Origin: a virus
IMG/VR virus record: IMGVR_UViG_3300005533_000002
Coordinates: 1 to 64,000 of that record
Reading direction: 5' to 3' (one strand)
Length of the DNA stretch: 64,000 bases
Numbering within the stretch: position 1 is the first letter of the stretch; each line of letters starts with the position of its first letter. The translations under genes and the position numbers were made by a program. Shown in pieces: positions 28,590 through 36,809 of this stretch. Under the pieces are notes generated by a model. It was not told the origin of the DNA. It saw only the letters and a list, made by a program, of their open reading frames with translations, and searched no databases.

Positions 28590-29073
28590 TGCTCCCCTCG
28601 TTGTGCGCTTCTTCTAGCTCGGCCAGCTCACACGAGGCCAGCCGAGCGTCAGGATTGCCAAGCATCCGCTGAATCAGGGCCGACACCGTTGGCGAAGTCG
28701 CCTCAACGCCAGTCGTCAAGACAATGGCACTTTCCGGCGCGTCGAGCCCGAGCAGCCGAGCCCGACGCGCCTGGATTTTGAGGACGATATCGGCTGCTTT
28801 TTCATCCCCAGCTCTTGCCAGCGGATACCATGTCTCAAGCAGGCCATCAAGCCTATCCAATTCAAGCGGCCTTAACTTTTCTGCCGGCTCTCGAATAGTC
28901 TCATCCATTGCCGACATAACTGCCTTATAAGAGCCGGCCGTGCCGCTATAACCAAGCTCATCGGCAATCTTTTGATAGCTAGCCCCAGCAAGGCGCATTT
29001 CCATAGCACGGCGTTGCTTTAGCCTTGCCTCAACGCGCCTTTTACTCGCTTTGCTCTCGCCTTGGCCTGCCAT
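28495..29073 (-). CDS. Putative terminase small subunit (HTH)
   Basis: AMEMRLAGASYQKIADELGYS...LELDRLD...RRARLLGLDAP; upstream of terL. Confidence 0.75.
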   Translation of the reverse strand: MAGQGESKASKRRVEARLKQRRAMEMRLAGASYQKIADELGYSGTAGSYKAVMSAMDETIREPAEKLRPLELDRLDGLLETWYPLARAGDEKAADIVLKIQARRARLLGLDAPESAIVLTTGVEATSPTVSALIQRMLGNPDARLASCELAELEEAHNEGSNEQAESGDGIRPLESHADPDGRSAQNSSGNK

Positions 29074-29191
29074 ATCGGCATCCTACCATACCTCTACCAT
29101 CCCGGAAAGGCAAGTTTGAGCCACGCGAGGGTTGCCAGGGCTGTGAGTGCGAAGACGGCCATCACGCCGCACCAAGCGTAGAGGACGGTTC

Positions 29192-29704
29192 TCATGGTGT
29201 CACCTTAACGGAAAAAATTCTGGCGTTCGCTTGTCCGCCGATCTGGCCTGGCTGCGAGCCGGTATCGAGTACAAGGAATTGCACGGATACCTTTTCGCCA
29301 GCATGCACAAGCCGTCCCGTGCCCGCCGGGAAGAACTCGGCAGTAGCGGCGCAGTCGTACATCGTAACAGGGTTTTCCTTGTGCGGACCACGCAGAAAGA
29401 GCTGCGTGCCGTTGTGAATAAGAATGAAGTGTGATTCCAGCACAGATCCCTTGCCGTAGCCGATCCAAGGCGACCAACCGATAAGGTAGCGGTCCTCTGG
29501 CCAAGTGAGATCGGCGTTTTCTGTCTGGATTTGTCCCAGCGCCGGTTTGAGTACATCGGTGCCGAGAATATCGACCTCGACGGACTGCATCGACTGCACG
29601 GGCGCCACTGCGGTTGTCCGCGTCTTGGGATGCGTTGGCGCCCCATCCAGAACCGGGCCGAGCGAGGCCCCGAGCAGGAAGAGAGACAGATAGACAAATT
29701 TCAT
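29192..29704 (-). CDS. Putative secreted protein
   Basis: MKFVYLSLFLLGASLG signal; AGGAG RBS. Confidence 0.65.
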   Translation of the reverse strand: MKFVYLSLFLLGASLGPVLDGAPTHPKTRTTAVAPVQSMQSVEVDILGTDVLKPALGQIQTENADLTWPEDRYLIGWSPWIGYGKGSVLESHFILIHNGTQLFLRGPHKENPVTMYDCAATAEFFPAGTGRLVHAGEKVSVQFLVLDTGSQPGQIGGQANARIFSVKVTP

Positions 29705-29715
29705 GGTTGAGTCTC

Positions 29716-30261
29716 CTACGCTTTCAGATTACCGTGCCGGTATGGGCGAAGCTGGTTGAATGCGTTTTTGGCGGCGATGGCGCCAGCCAAGTCGATGTGA
29801 AGATATTCTGCCAAGTCCATGATGCGAATCACGGCATCGGCCAGCTCGATGGCGAAGCCATCCGGTTTGGGCATCCCCGTTTTGCGATCTACCTTAGGCA
29901 CCCACTCGCCTTTGCGGTTGCGAAAACCAGCCGCAAAGACTTCGTACAGCTCATGTCCTTCGTTGCCTGTCCGGAAGAACTCGACGGCTTCGCTGATCTC
30001 GGAATGGACCAGTATAAGCATTTCCAGGATGTTGCGCGATACTTTTCCTGTGCCGGCACATTCGCCGCACTGGAAGCCAAATTCCGGGCTGCCGCTCCAA
30101 CCGGAGCCCTCGCAGACCTGGCAATCGTGCCAACCTTTTTCTTTGGAAAGGGCGTGAACCCGCTTCTGCCATTCGCGAATTGAATCGTCTGGAACGATGT
30201 CGCCACCAGCGCCAGGGTTGAGAGTGACGCTCTGATAGCCGCCAATGTCATTCGCGCTCAT
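29716..30261 (-). CDS. MazG-like NTP pyrophosphohydrolase with inserted CxxCxGxG zinc finger
   Basis: LVHSEISEAVE...IELADAVIRIMDL...KNAFNQLRPYRHG; CQVCEGSG and CGECAGTG. Confidence 0.85.
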   Translation of the reverse strand: MSANDIGGYQSVTLNPGAGGDIVPDDSIREWQKRVHALSKEKGWHDCQVCEGSGWSGSPEFGFQCGECAGTGKVSRNILEMLILVHSEISEAVEFFRTGNEGHELYEVFAAGFRNRKGEWVPKVDRKTGMPKPDGFAIELADAVIRIMDLAEYLHIDLAGAIAAKNAFNQLRPYRHGNLKA

Positions 30262-30797
30262 AATTCGCCCCCTTGTTGTGCAGCGAGAAGACTGAGAAAA
30301 GAACGCACGCACTGAGCCGCATTCATGCCCCGCAGCATGTTCCACGGCCTTGGAACCAAGATTGCTTGGCCACCGCTGCGCAAGAACTCGATAACGTTCT
30401 TGTCGCTATCGTCAATCAGCACCCGGCCCGGACCAGAGCAGAAATGCTTCGCTGGACCCATGAGATAGCGCCGACCGTAGTTCGGCATGTGGATGTTGAT
30501 CCAAGCAAGCTTCCCCTCAAGGCACCCCCTGGTGAGACAGGGCGAGGTAAGTAAACAGACGTTTTCCGAGCCGAAGCAATCTTCGACAAGGCTGAGAATT
30601 TGCCGTCCGTCTGGTGTCTAGTCGAGCCCGGCCCAAAATTCTTCGTCACATTCATCCCAGAATTCCGCCGGACTTACCGGTAGATTCCGGTCAAAATCCC
30701 ACGTTTCCACCGTGATGCCGAAGCGCTTCTCGACGGCTTCCGTAAACCCCACCAAGACGCCATCCATGTCGAGAAGGCATTGCATTTTCTTGTTCAT
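30258..30797 (-). pseudogene. HAD-family 5'(3')-deoxyribonucleotidase with in-frame TAG at codon 60
   Basis: LLDMDGVL, LTSP, GKLAWI, LIDD motifs in one frame; TAG at 30618-30620 in FWAGLD*TPDG. Confidence 0.75.
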
Positions 30798-31360
30798 TCC
30801 ATGTCCCCCTTTGCCACCGTGAATTTGATCCGCTTCCGAGCGAAGCGGTGCTTTGACCCTCCTAGCCCATCTGCTTCTCGGGGGCTTCTGTACAGGTAGG
30901 CCGAGCCATCCTCATGAACGTTGATCCAAGCCTCAATCGTAAGTTTTTTGAGCTTGGAAGCCAGATCGGTTTTAGGCTTGGACTTCAGCTCTCGGAAAAG
31001 TTGCAGAGAAATCATCGTGTAGGTCGCCAGATCAAGCAGTGAATCCTCTAAAGATTCGTTTTCAAGACGGCCGTTCTTGATGACACTTTTGATGCGCGTC
31101 ACCTTGTCGTTGGCCCGGATCATGGCGCCGACCCACGCCGGCGTGGCGAACTCTTCACTGGCTCGGATATTGGCCAATGGATTCTCGTCCGTACCGTAGT
31201 CCTTGGACTTCTTGGCGTGAATCGCAATGATCTCGTTGGCTATTTCCATGAATCCATTGCGATCCGAAGAGAAAACGGTAACGGGAACAAGAACCTCTTC
31301 TGGGCCCATGCACCCATCAACAAGTACCGTTCTTTTGGGAGCGAATTCATCTTGTGCCAT
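30794..31360 (-). CDS. DUF1599-like nucleotide-modification-associated protein with extra C-terminal module
   Basis: KKSKDYG...NPLAN...IRANDKVTRI...ESLEDSLLDLATY. Confidence 0.75.
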   Translation of the reverse strand: MAQDEFAPKRTVLVDGCMGPEEVLVPVTVFSSDRNGFMEIANEIIAIHAKKSKDYGTDENPLANIRASEEFATPAWVGAMIRANDKVTRIKSVIKNGRLENESLEDSLLDLATYTMISLQLFRELKSKPKTDLASKLKKLTIEAWINVHEDGSAYLYRSPREADGLGGSKHRFARKRIKFTVAKGDME

Positions 31361-31417
31361 GTCCCGTCCTTTCTGTTAAGTAGCGGAAAACCCTTGATAA
31401 GCAGAAAAAGCCGATAG

Positions 31418-32876
31418 TCATCGATCGAATTGGGACTGATGGTTAGTTGCATAAGCCATCAATCTCTTGTGTAGAATTCTAAAAGCAAACGCAGCTTGCA
31501 ACGCCACAACTCCATTGCCGGCTGCCCTGAGCTGATCAACCCGATATTGGTCTATTGCCACCTTTTTAAGGCGTTCCGTCTTCCCAACTCTGCCAGGCAT
31601 TCGGCGCCGCAAACCTTGGTAGTCCTCTTTATGGGAAGAAATTCCTGTTGGCAAATCAGGCACTGTTTCACTTTTCTCTTCGGCTGACTTCCAATTGCCT
31701 GGTCCTCTACGCGATGGCATTGACTGCATAGAACTCTCACCATATCCGGTTGATTGGCAATGTCCGGATGATGTCTTTGCAAACTGTCTGTAGATCCACA
31801 AAGCTCGCACGAAATCAACGTCACCGCTCGCTGAGCGCGCTTCCTGGATGCACGCTTGGATGGCTTCAACAGCTTCTTGGCTTCCCCGTGGCACTTCCGA
31901 GAGCAGTATTTGACTTTCTTCCAATCCTTGCTCTCGATTGGCAACGAACAGTTCAAGCAGACTTTCATTAATTCTTCTCCAGTTATCAAAGTCCACCAAC
32001 TTGGCAATCCCATCATCCAGGAAACGAATGCCGGGTTCAGTCGCCGGCGCGAGGTCCGGACGTTCTCGCAAGATTTCTGCCCAGACGGATGATACTGATG
32101 GGCCTGGAGGGAAAGCGGCGTTCCGCCCTGAGAAAACCTCTTGTAACCGGCTTTGGCCTCTGTGGCTGTCGGAGTTGTCCACATTAGACATTGTTCGCCA
32201 GGGGGGGCGTGAGTTCTTCTCCAGGGTTTCGCGACTGGCCTCTCCCGATTTGTAATCTCTTGAACTCGGTGTCGCCCACCATACTACTGCCGTTTCCAGG
32301 GACAAGTCGTGATGATTCTTGTGCCGCTCCCGTATTGCTACTCTGCCACCATTGGGCACCTTGCAAGTGGGCCAAAATAAAGACTCTCTTGCGGATATGC
32401 GGGGCGCCGATCTGGGCAGCCGAGAAAGTTTCCCAGCAAGCATCATACCCGAGCGCGGCCAGCGACCCGCAAACGGAGTCGATTCCTCGAACAAGGAGGG
32501 CGTCAACGTTTTCCACGAAGACGTAAGATGGTCGAACTTCGCCAACGATTCGAGCCATTTCGTACCAGAGACCGCTTCGCTCGCCACGGATGCCGGCCAT
32601 CTTGCCGGCGTTGCTGATGTCCTGGCACGGGAAGCCGCCAACGACGCAATCCACAACTCCGCGCCACGGTTTGCCGTCGAAGGTTCGGATATCTGACCAA
32701 ATAGGGAACGGAGCCAAGCAGCCTTCTTGCATGCGTTGTACCAGTAAGGCGCAGGCATAAGCCTCCCTCTCCACGCCGCAGACGACGCGAGAGTTTGTAA
32801 CGGCCAACTCGACTCCAAAGTCAAGTCCGTAGCAGCCGCTGAAGAGGGACAGCACGTTAAAGGCATGTGAATCCAC
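31418..32876 (-). CDS. C5-cytosine DNA methyltransferase, two-frame type, frameshifted at G7 32201-32207
   Basis: 32184..32876 has SLFSG, GGFPCQD, VENV, GAPHIRKRVFI (motifs I-VIII); motif X QLRAAGNGVV in ORF 31418..32878; motif IX LNPAFVSWMMGLP in ORF 31552..32184. Confidence 0.85.
31552..31968 (-). CDS. HNH-type zinc-finger endonuclease nested in the methyltransferase gene
   Basis: GGAG RBS; CLNC, YCSRKC, CELCGS...LQRHHPD...VLCSQCH, CLIC...CGAEC. Confidence 0.75.
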   Translation of the reverse strand: MKVCLNCSLPIESKDWKKVKYCSRKCHGEAKKLLKPSKRASRKRAQRAVTLISCELCGSTDSLQRHHPDIANQPDMVRVLCSQCHRVEDQAIGSQPKRKVKQCLICQQEFLPIKRTTKVCGAECLAELGRRNALKRWQ

Positions 32877-32900
32877 ATTACTCCGCTCGCTCGTTAAAAA

Positions 32901-33803
32901 TCACGTTGTTGCAGTAATATCGAACATCACTAACTTACCCTGTTCCGCACAGCGCCTCGTTGCCAGATCGATCTGTGACTGCCTGATATCGATGCCGATT
33001 CCGTTTCGTCCCAGCCTGTCTGCCACAGCAACCGTAGTGCCGCTACCCGAGAACGGGTCGAGAACTGTCCCGCCCGGCGGACAGAAGCTTTTGATGAAAA
33101 ACTCAACCAGCTTCTCGGGGAATGGGGCTTCATTCTGCGAGGCATACTCATCTCCGCCCATGAGGCCGCATCCAACTGGTACGCTAATGATGTTGCCGGG
33201 GTTAGAAATATGGGGATGGATGTATCCATTTGAATCCAGCTTTAATTTTCCTTCTTTACCCCTGCTTCCGCAAGTTGTTGTTTTGTTGCCGATTCTTCGC
33301 CCATCTGGCAAGCGGTGGCTAGCCGCGCCGCCGCTCTGGTATTTCGGCTCATGGCCACATGCCGTGTTGTCCGAGTACGGCAGCTTTCCTTTTCGGGTAA
33401 CGCAGATGATAAATTCGTAATCGTTACGCAGCCAATCCGGGCCGCCAGAGCCTGGTATGCCAACGCGACGGAATATCGGTGGCTTGCGCAGATTGAAGCC
33501 GGCTCCGTGCAAGTCAGCCATCAGTAGGGCTGGCGTGGCGGACCAGCGGAACTTAGTCGTCTTCCCCTCGATGACGCACGCGATCAGACCCCGACAGACG
33601 CGCGCGCATTCGCCAAACACTTTCATCATCCAGGCAACGTATTCCTCGCCGCGCAGATTGAATCCGATCCCGTATGTCCGAGCGTCCTCGTAAGGCGGAG
33701 AAAACATACACAGGTCTACCGAGTCGGCCGGCATCGTCCTTATGACTTCAAGGCAGTCGCCACAGTGGAAGTTCCAGGACACAGGCAGTTCCCCCATGTT
33801 CAC
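32901..33803 (-). CDS. N4-C/N6-A DNA methyltransferase (beta class)
   Basis: GDCLEV...FSPPY...APFPEKL...VLDPFSGSGTT. Confidence 0.9.
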   Translation of the reverse strand: MNMGELPVSWNFHCGDCLEVIRTMPADSVDLCMFSPPYEDARTYGIGFNLRGEEYVAWMMKVFGECARVCRGLIACVIEGKTTKFRWSATPALLMADLHGAGFNLRKPPIFRRVGIPGSGGPDWLRNDYEFIICVTRKGKLPYSDNTACGHEPKYQSGGAASHRLPDGRRIGNKTTTCGSRGKEGKLKLDSNGYIHPHISNPGNIISVPVGCGLMGGDEYASQNEAPFPEKLVEFFIKSFCPPGGTVLDPFSGSGTTVAVADRLGRNGIGIDIRQSQIDLATRRCAEQGKLVMFDITATT

Positions 33804-34166
33804 AGTTACTCAAAACTTTGAGCAGCTCACCCTAATCGAACGGCTCTGATCCACGGCAGCCACGTCCCACGCGCACCATGCTTTTTGTCATCCGGCTAAA
33901 CGGCGTGTTTGAGAACTGGCATTCTTCGGCGGCACACTCTGTGCAGCGACGGCGCATGCTGCCTTGCCTGACGCCAGCAACGGAATGGCCGCACGAGAGC
34001 AAGTACAGCTGCAAGCCCTTGGGCAGATTCTGTAGGACGCGAACGACAGTGCGGAATGGATGCAGTTTCCTGGACATTGAGTGTCTTCGCTTTGAAAGTG
34101 GTTTGATTGTCATCGCCTGATTTTGAACCGCCCGTACCGTAATTATAGCAAACCTGTCTTCCAAGT

Positions 34167-34508
34167 CTATGATGCGGACCCAGTAGATTTGCAAAATGCT
34201 GACCCGAGTAGAGCCAGTGCCTCGCCAGAGCGAATCATGTCTGCGGTGGCACGAATGACGACCCAACCACAGATAGCAGCCTCGCTGTACTTCTGGCAAT
34301 CGTTGGCGTAACCCTTGCCGCGAACGTGGCGCCCACCGGTCCAGGTTGCGCCCTCACGCTCAAAGGCAATCCGCTGCTCAGGCCATGCAAAATCAAAGCG
34401 CCACTTACGCTTGCCGCTAAGACCTGTAAACAGATACTCAGCATGCGGCTCGGGAATGCCACATGCCGCAAATATAACCGCCAGTTTACAGCTCGCCGTT
34501 TTCGCCAT
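34167..34508 (-). CDS. Vsr/DUF559-like small endonuclease (possible resolvase)
   Basis: EYLF...RKWRFDFAWP...IAFEREG...GGRH...DCQKY...GWVVIR. Confidence 0.8.
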   Translation of the reverse strand: MAKTASCKLAVIFAACGIPEPHAEYLFTGLSGKRKWRFDFAWPEQRIAFEREGATWTGGRHVRGKGYANDCQKYSEAAICGWVVIRATADMIRSGEALALLGSAFCKSTGSAS

Positions 34509-36024
34509 GTGATACTACTTTCTTGATTTTGCCGATTTGTGTCCCAGCCTGTTTCTTGGTCATTCCCTCGACCCATGTCCCGTGCATCCTTAGGAAGAAC
34601 TCTTGCTTGCTGGTGGCCGGCGCCGGAAATGTCTGTTCGTAGGCAATGGCCTGGTCTAATAGATACGCTGCTTCGCCCTTGGTGGGGTAGCGAGCTATCT
34701 TTAGTCCGAAGCCGGCCAGTGCCTGTAGCTGCTTCTCGCTGGCGTCGTCATTGTGCCAATTGCGGGTTGCTCGATATCCATCCAGGGAAGGCAACTCGGG
34801 CCACGGACACACGCTTTTGAGTCGCCATTTCACAATGCCGTTGCAACTCTCTTCCCAAACTCTTTCTTGCCGTTCCTTTTCCTCGCGCTCTTCCTGGGCC
34901 AGTACTTCTGTAATACTGATACCTTCCGCGCTCTTTCTCTTGGCCCCAAGAAGAGAAGTAACGGTAATCAGTTTGTGCCGCTTGCAGTTGTCCGTGATGT
35001 CCAGAATCAAGCAATCGCGCTTCTCGTGATTGTGTTTGGGCCGGCGTAGACCCCTGCCGATGCACTGCGTGTAAAAAGCTCGGCTCTCGGTCGGACGGGC
35101 CATGATAATGCACGAGCAATCGGGGTCGTCAAAGCCCTCGGTAAGTATCTCGCAATTGACTAGCACCTGTACTCGGCCAGCAGCGAACCGATGGAGCCAG
35201 TCACGTCTTTCCTCGAGAGCCATCCTGCCGCTCACGCACGCAGAGGCGAAGCCGGCCTCAGAGAATTCGAGAGCCAGATTGTGCGCGTGGGACAGATTCA
35301 CCGCAAACACGATAGCCCTTCTGCTGCCGCCACGCTTCCGGAACGCCTGGACAATGGCTCGATTTCGCGCATGCGTGTTGACCGCTTCAGCAAGCTCGCC
35401 TTCGGCGAAATCGCCCATCCTGGTGGAAACGGTATCCAAGTCGGTTTCCGTCTCAATCTGATACTGGACGATATCCACTAGGTGCTTTTCGCGAATAGCC
35501 TGGATGAGCGGATAGACGTAGACAGGTTCATTCCCGAACCACTTGGCTAAGCCTTTCCCATCTAGACGTTCCGGGGTCGCCGTCACACCGAGCTTGTAGC
35601 CGGCATCGAAGTAAGCGAACGCCCGGTCAAACGTCGGCGCTGGCACATGATGGCATTCGTCAATTATCAATACTCCGAAACGGTCTTTCGGAATCCGTTC
35701 CAATCGTTTAAGCCCGAGGCTCTGTATGGAAGCAACCACTACATCCCCATAATCTTCGTGCCGGTCTGCCTTGATGATTCCGGTAGTTGCCGTTGGCCAC
35801 AGCTCGCATACCGTCCTGATGGTCTGATGGATCAGCTCATCGCGATGCACCATGACCAAGGTCGGCAGCCCGAGCAGACGAGCCAGCTCGGCGAACACAA
35901 ACGTCTTGCCGCAGCCGGTGGGCAGAACGATGAGACCACGCCGTTTCTTATCCAGGATAGCCTCAAGAGCCCTCTCGATTGCCTGGCGTTGGTACGACCT
36001 CAACAGGGGGTTGAGTGCGGCCAT
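34486..36024 (-). CDS. SF2 DExH helicase
   Basis: LRSYQ, LPTGCGKT, IIDECHH, GVTATP, LTEGFD, QCIGRGLR; start uncertain (36024 or 36054). Confidence 0.9.
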   Translation of the reverse strand: MAALNPLLRSYQRQAIERALEAILDKKRRGLIVLPTGCGKTFVFAELARLLGLPTLVMVHRDELIHQTIRTVCELWPTATTGIIKADRHEDYGDVVVASIQSLGLKRLERIPKDRFGVLIIDECHHVPAPTFDRAFAYFDAGYKLGVTATPERLDGKGLAKWFGNEPVYVYPLIQAIREKHLVDIVQYQIETETDLDTVSTRMGDFAEGELAEAVNTHARNRAIVQAFRKRGGSRRAIVFAVNLSHAHNLALEFSEAGFASACVSGRMALEERRDWLHRFAAGRVQVLVNCEILTEGFDDPDCSCIIMARPTESRAFYTQCIGRGLRRPKHNHEKRDCLILDITDNCKRHKLITVTSLLGAKRKSAEGISITEVLAQEEREEKERQERVWEESCNGIVKWRLKSVCPWPELPSLDGYRATRNWHNDDASEKQLQALAGFGLKIARYPTKGEAAYLLDQAIAYEQTFPAPATSKQEFFLRMHGTWVEGMTKKQAGTQIGKIKKVVSHGENGEL

Positions 36025-36514
36025 CCGCCATCTGGATGGTTCCGTTGACGACATAGGCAATCGGCGGCAACTCTCCTTCGTATCGAAGAGAGTGTTCTGT
36101 TTTGAGTAGTTGTTTGTAGAGAGATTCCCACTCATCATAACTCTCGCATTTAACAGACGCAAGGTTAGACAACTCTTTTTTTGCTTGCGGGCTCCACGCG
36201 GTCGCCTGCCGTCTGTATACCGAATCCATCTCAAGGCGCCACTCCTGTTGCCAGTCGATAGGATATTCCGGCTTGGGCTGGGGCCGAAGTAGGGCCATGA
36301 GATTGAATTTGTGTTTCTTGATCTTGGCCCGCAAATCGTCAGAAAGGCCCCCAGGAGACACTTTCACCTGTTCCCCGTCCAAAATGGCTTGGAAGCCGTT
36401 TCGGTGCAATTCCATCAGAACCGTGAGGGCTGTTTCGCCATTCTCTGCTCGGAGCCTGGAAAGGATGTCCGCTGCTCGGGAACGAAGGATGGTGGACCAG
36501 TCATTTTGAGGCAT
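35963..36514 (-). CDS. Hypothetical replication-region protein
   Basis: LMELHRNGF...LSDDLRAKIKKHKFNLMALL segment; between primase and helicase. Confidence 0.6.
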   Translation of the reverse strand: MPQNDWSTILRSRAADILSRLRAENGETALTVLMELHRNGFQAILDGEQVKVSPGGLSDDLRAKIKKHKFNLMALLRPQPKPEYPIDWQQEWRLEMDSVYRRQATAWSPQAKKELSNLASVKCESYDEWESLYKQLLKTEHSLRYEGELPPIAYVVNGTIQMADGRTQPPVEVVPTPGNREGS

Positions 36515-36537
36515 TGCGGTTCTTTCCTATGATTGTT

Positions 36538-36809
36538 TGTCGCACTTGTCGCAACTCGTCGCAACTTTTTTGCGACACATTTAACCCGTTATTTTTCAAT
36601 GGTTTAGATTCGTTTTCCTGTACCTTGTCGCAGTGTCGCAAGGGTTGACTCCCCAAATCTCAGTTTTCACTTTTGTGTGAAAACATGCTCTTTTTTATCC
36701 TTCTTAGTTGCGACATGCGACAAACAGACACAAAAACATCTAAGTGATTGTTATAAGAGACGTTACGACTCAAGAACGTTGCGACAAATCTTTGCGACAA
36801 GTTGCGACA
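36538..36809. repeat. Putative replication origin: TGTCGCA/TGCGACA iterons around AT-rich spacers
   Basis: Ten perfect heptamers (36538, 36547, 36571, 36626, 36634, 36709, 36716, 36780, 36793, 36803) at the 3' end of the primase gene. Confidence 0.7.

Noticed and set aside
30618-30620. Genome-wide TAG recoding
   Set aside because: Other genes end normally in TAG (e.g. 541, 39091, 45747, 50620) and long genes have no internal TAG; no suppressor tRNA seen.
31240-31452. MQLTISPNSIDDYRLFLLIKG ORF as a remnant of a helicase N-terminus
   Set aside because: Only a vague recollection of similarity, and most of the ORF overlaps neighbouring genes.
36538-36809. CRISPR array
   Set aside because: Repeats are 7 bp, in mixed orientation and irregularly spaced; no cas genes.
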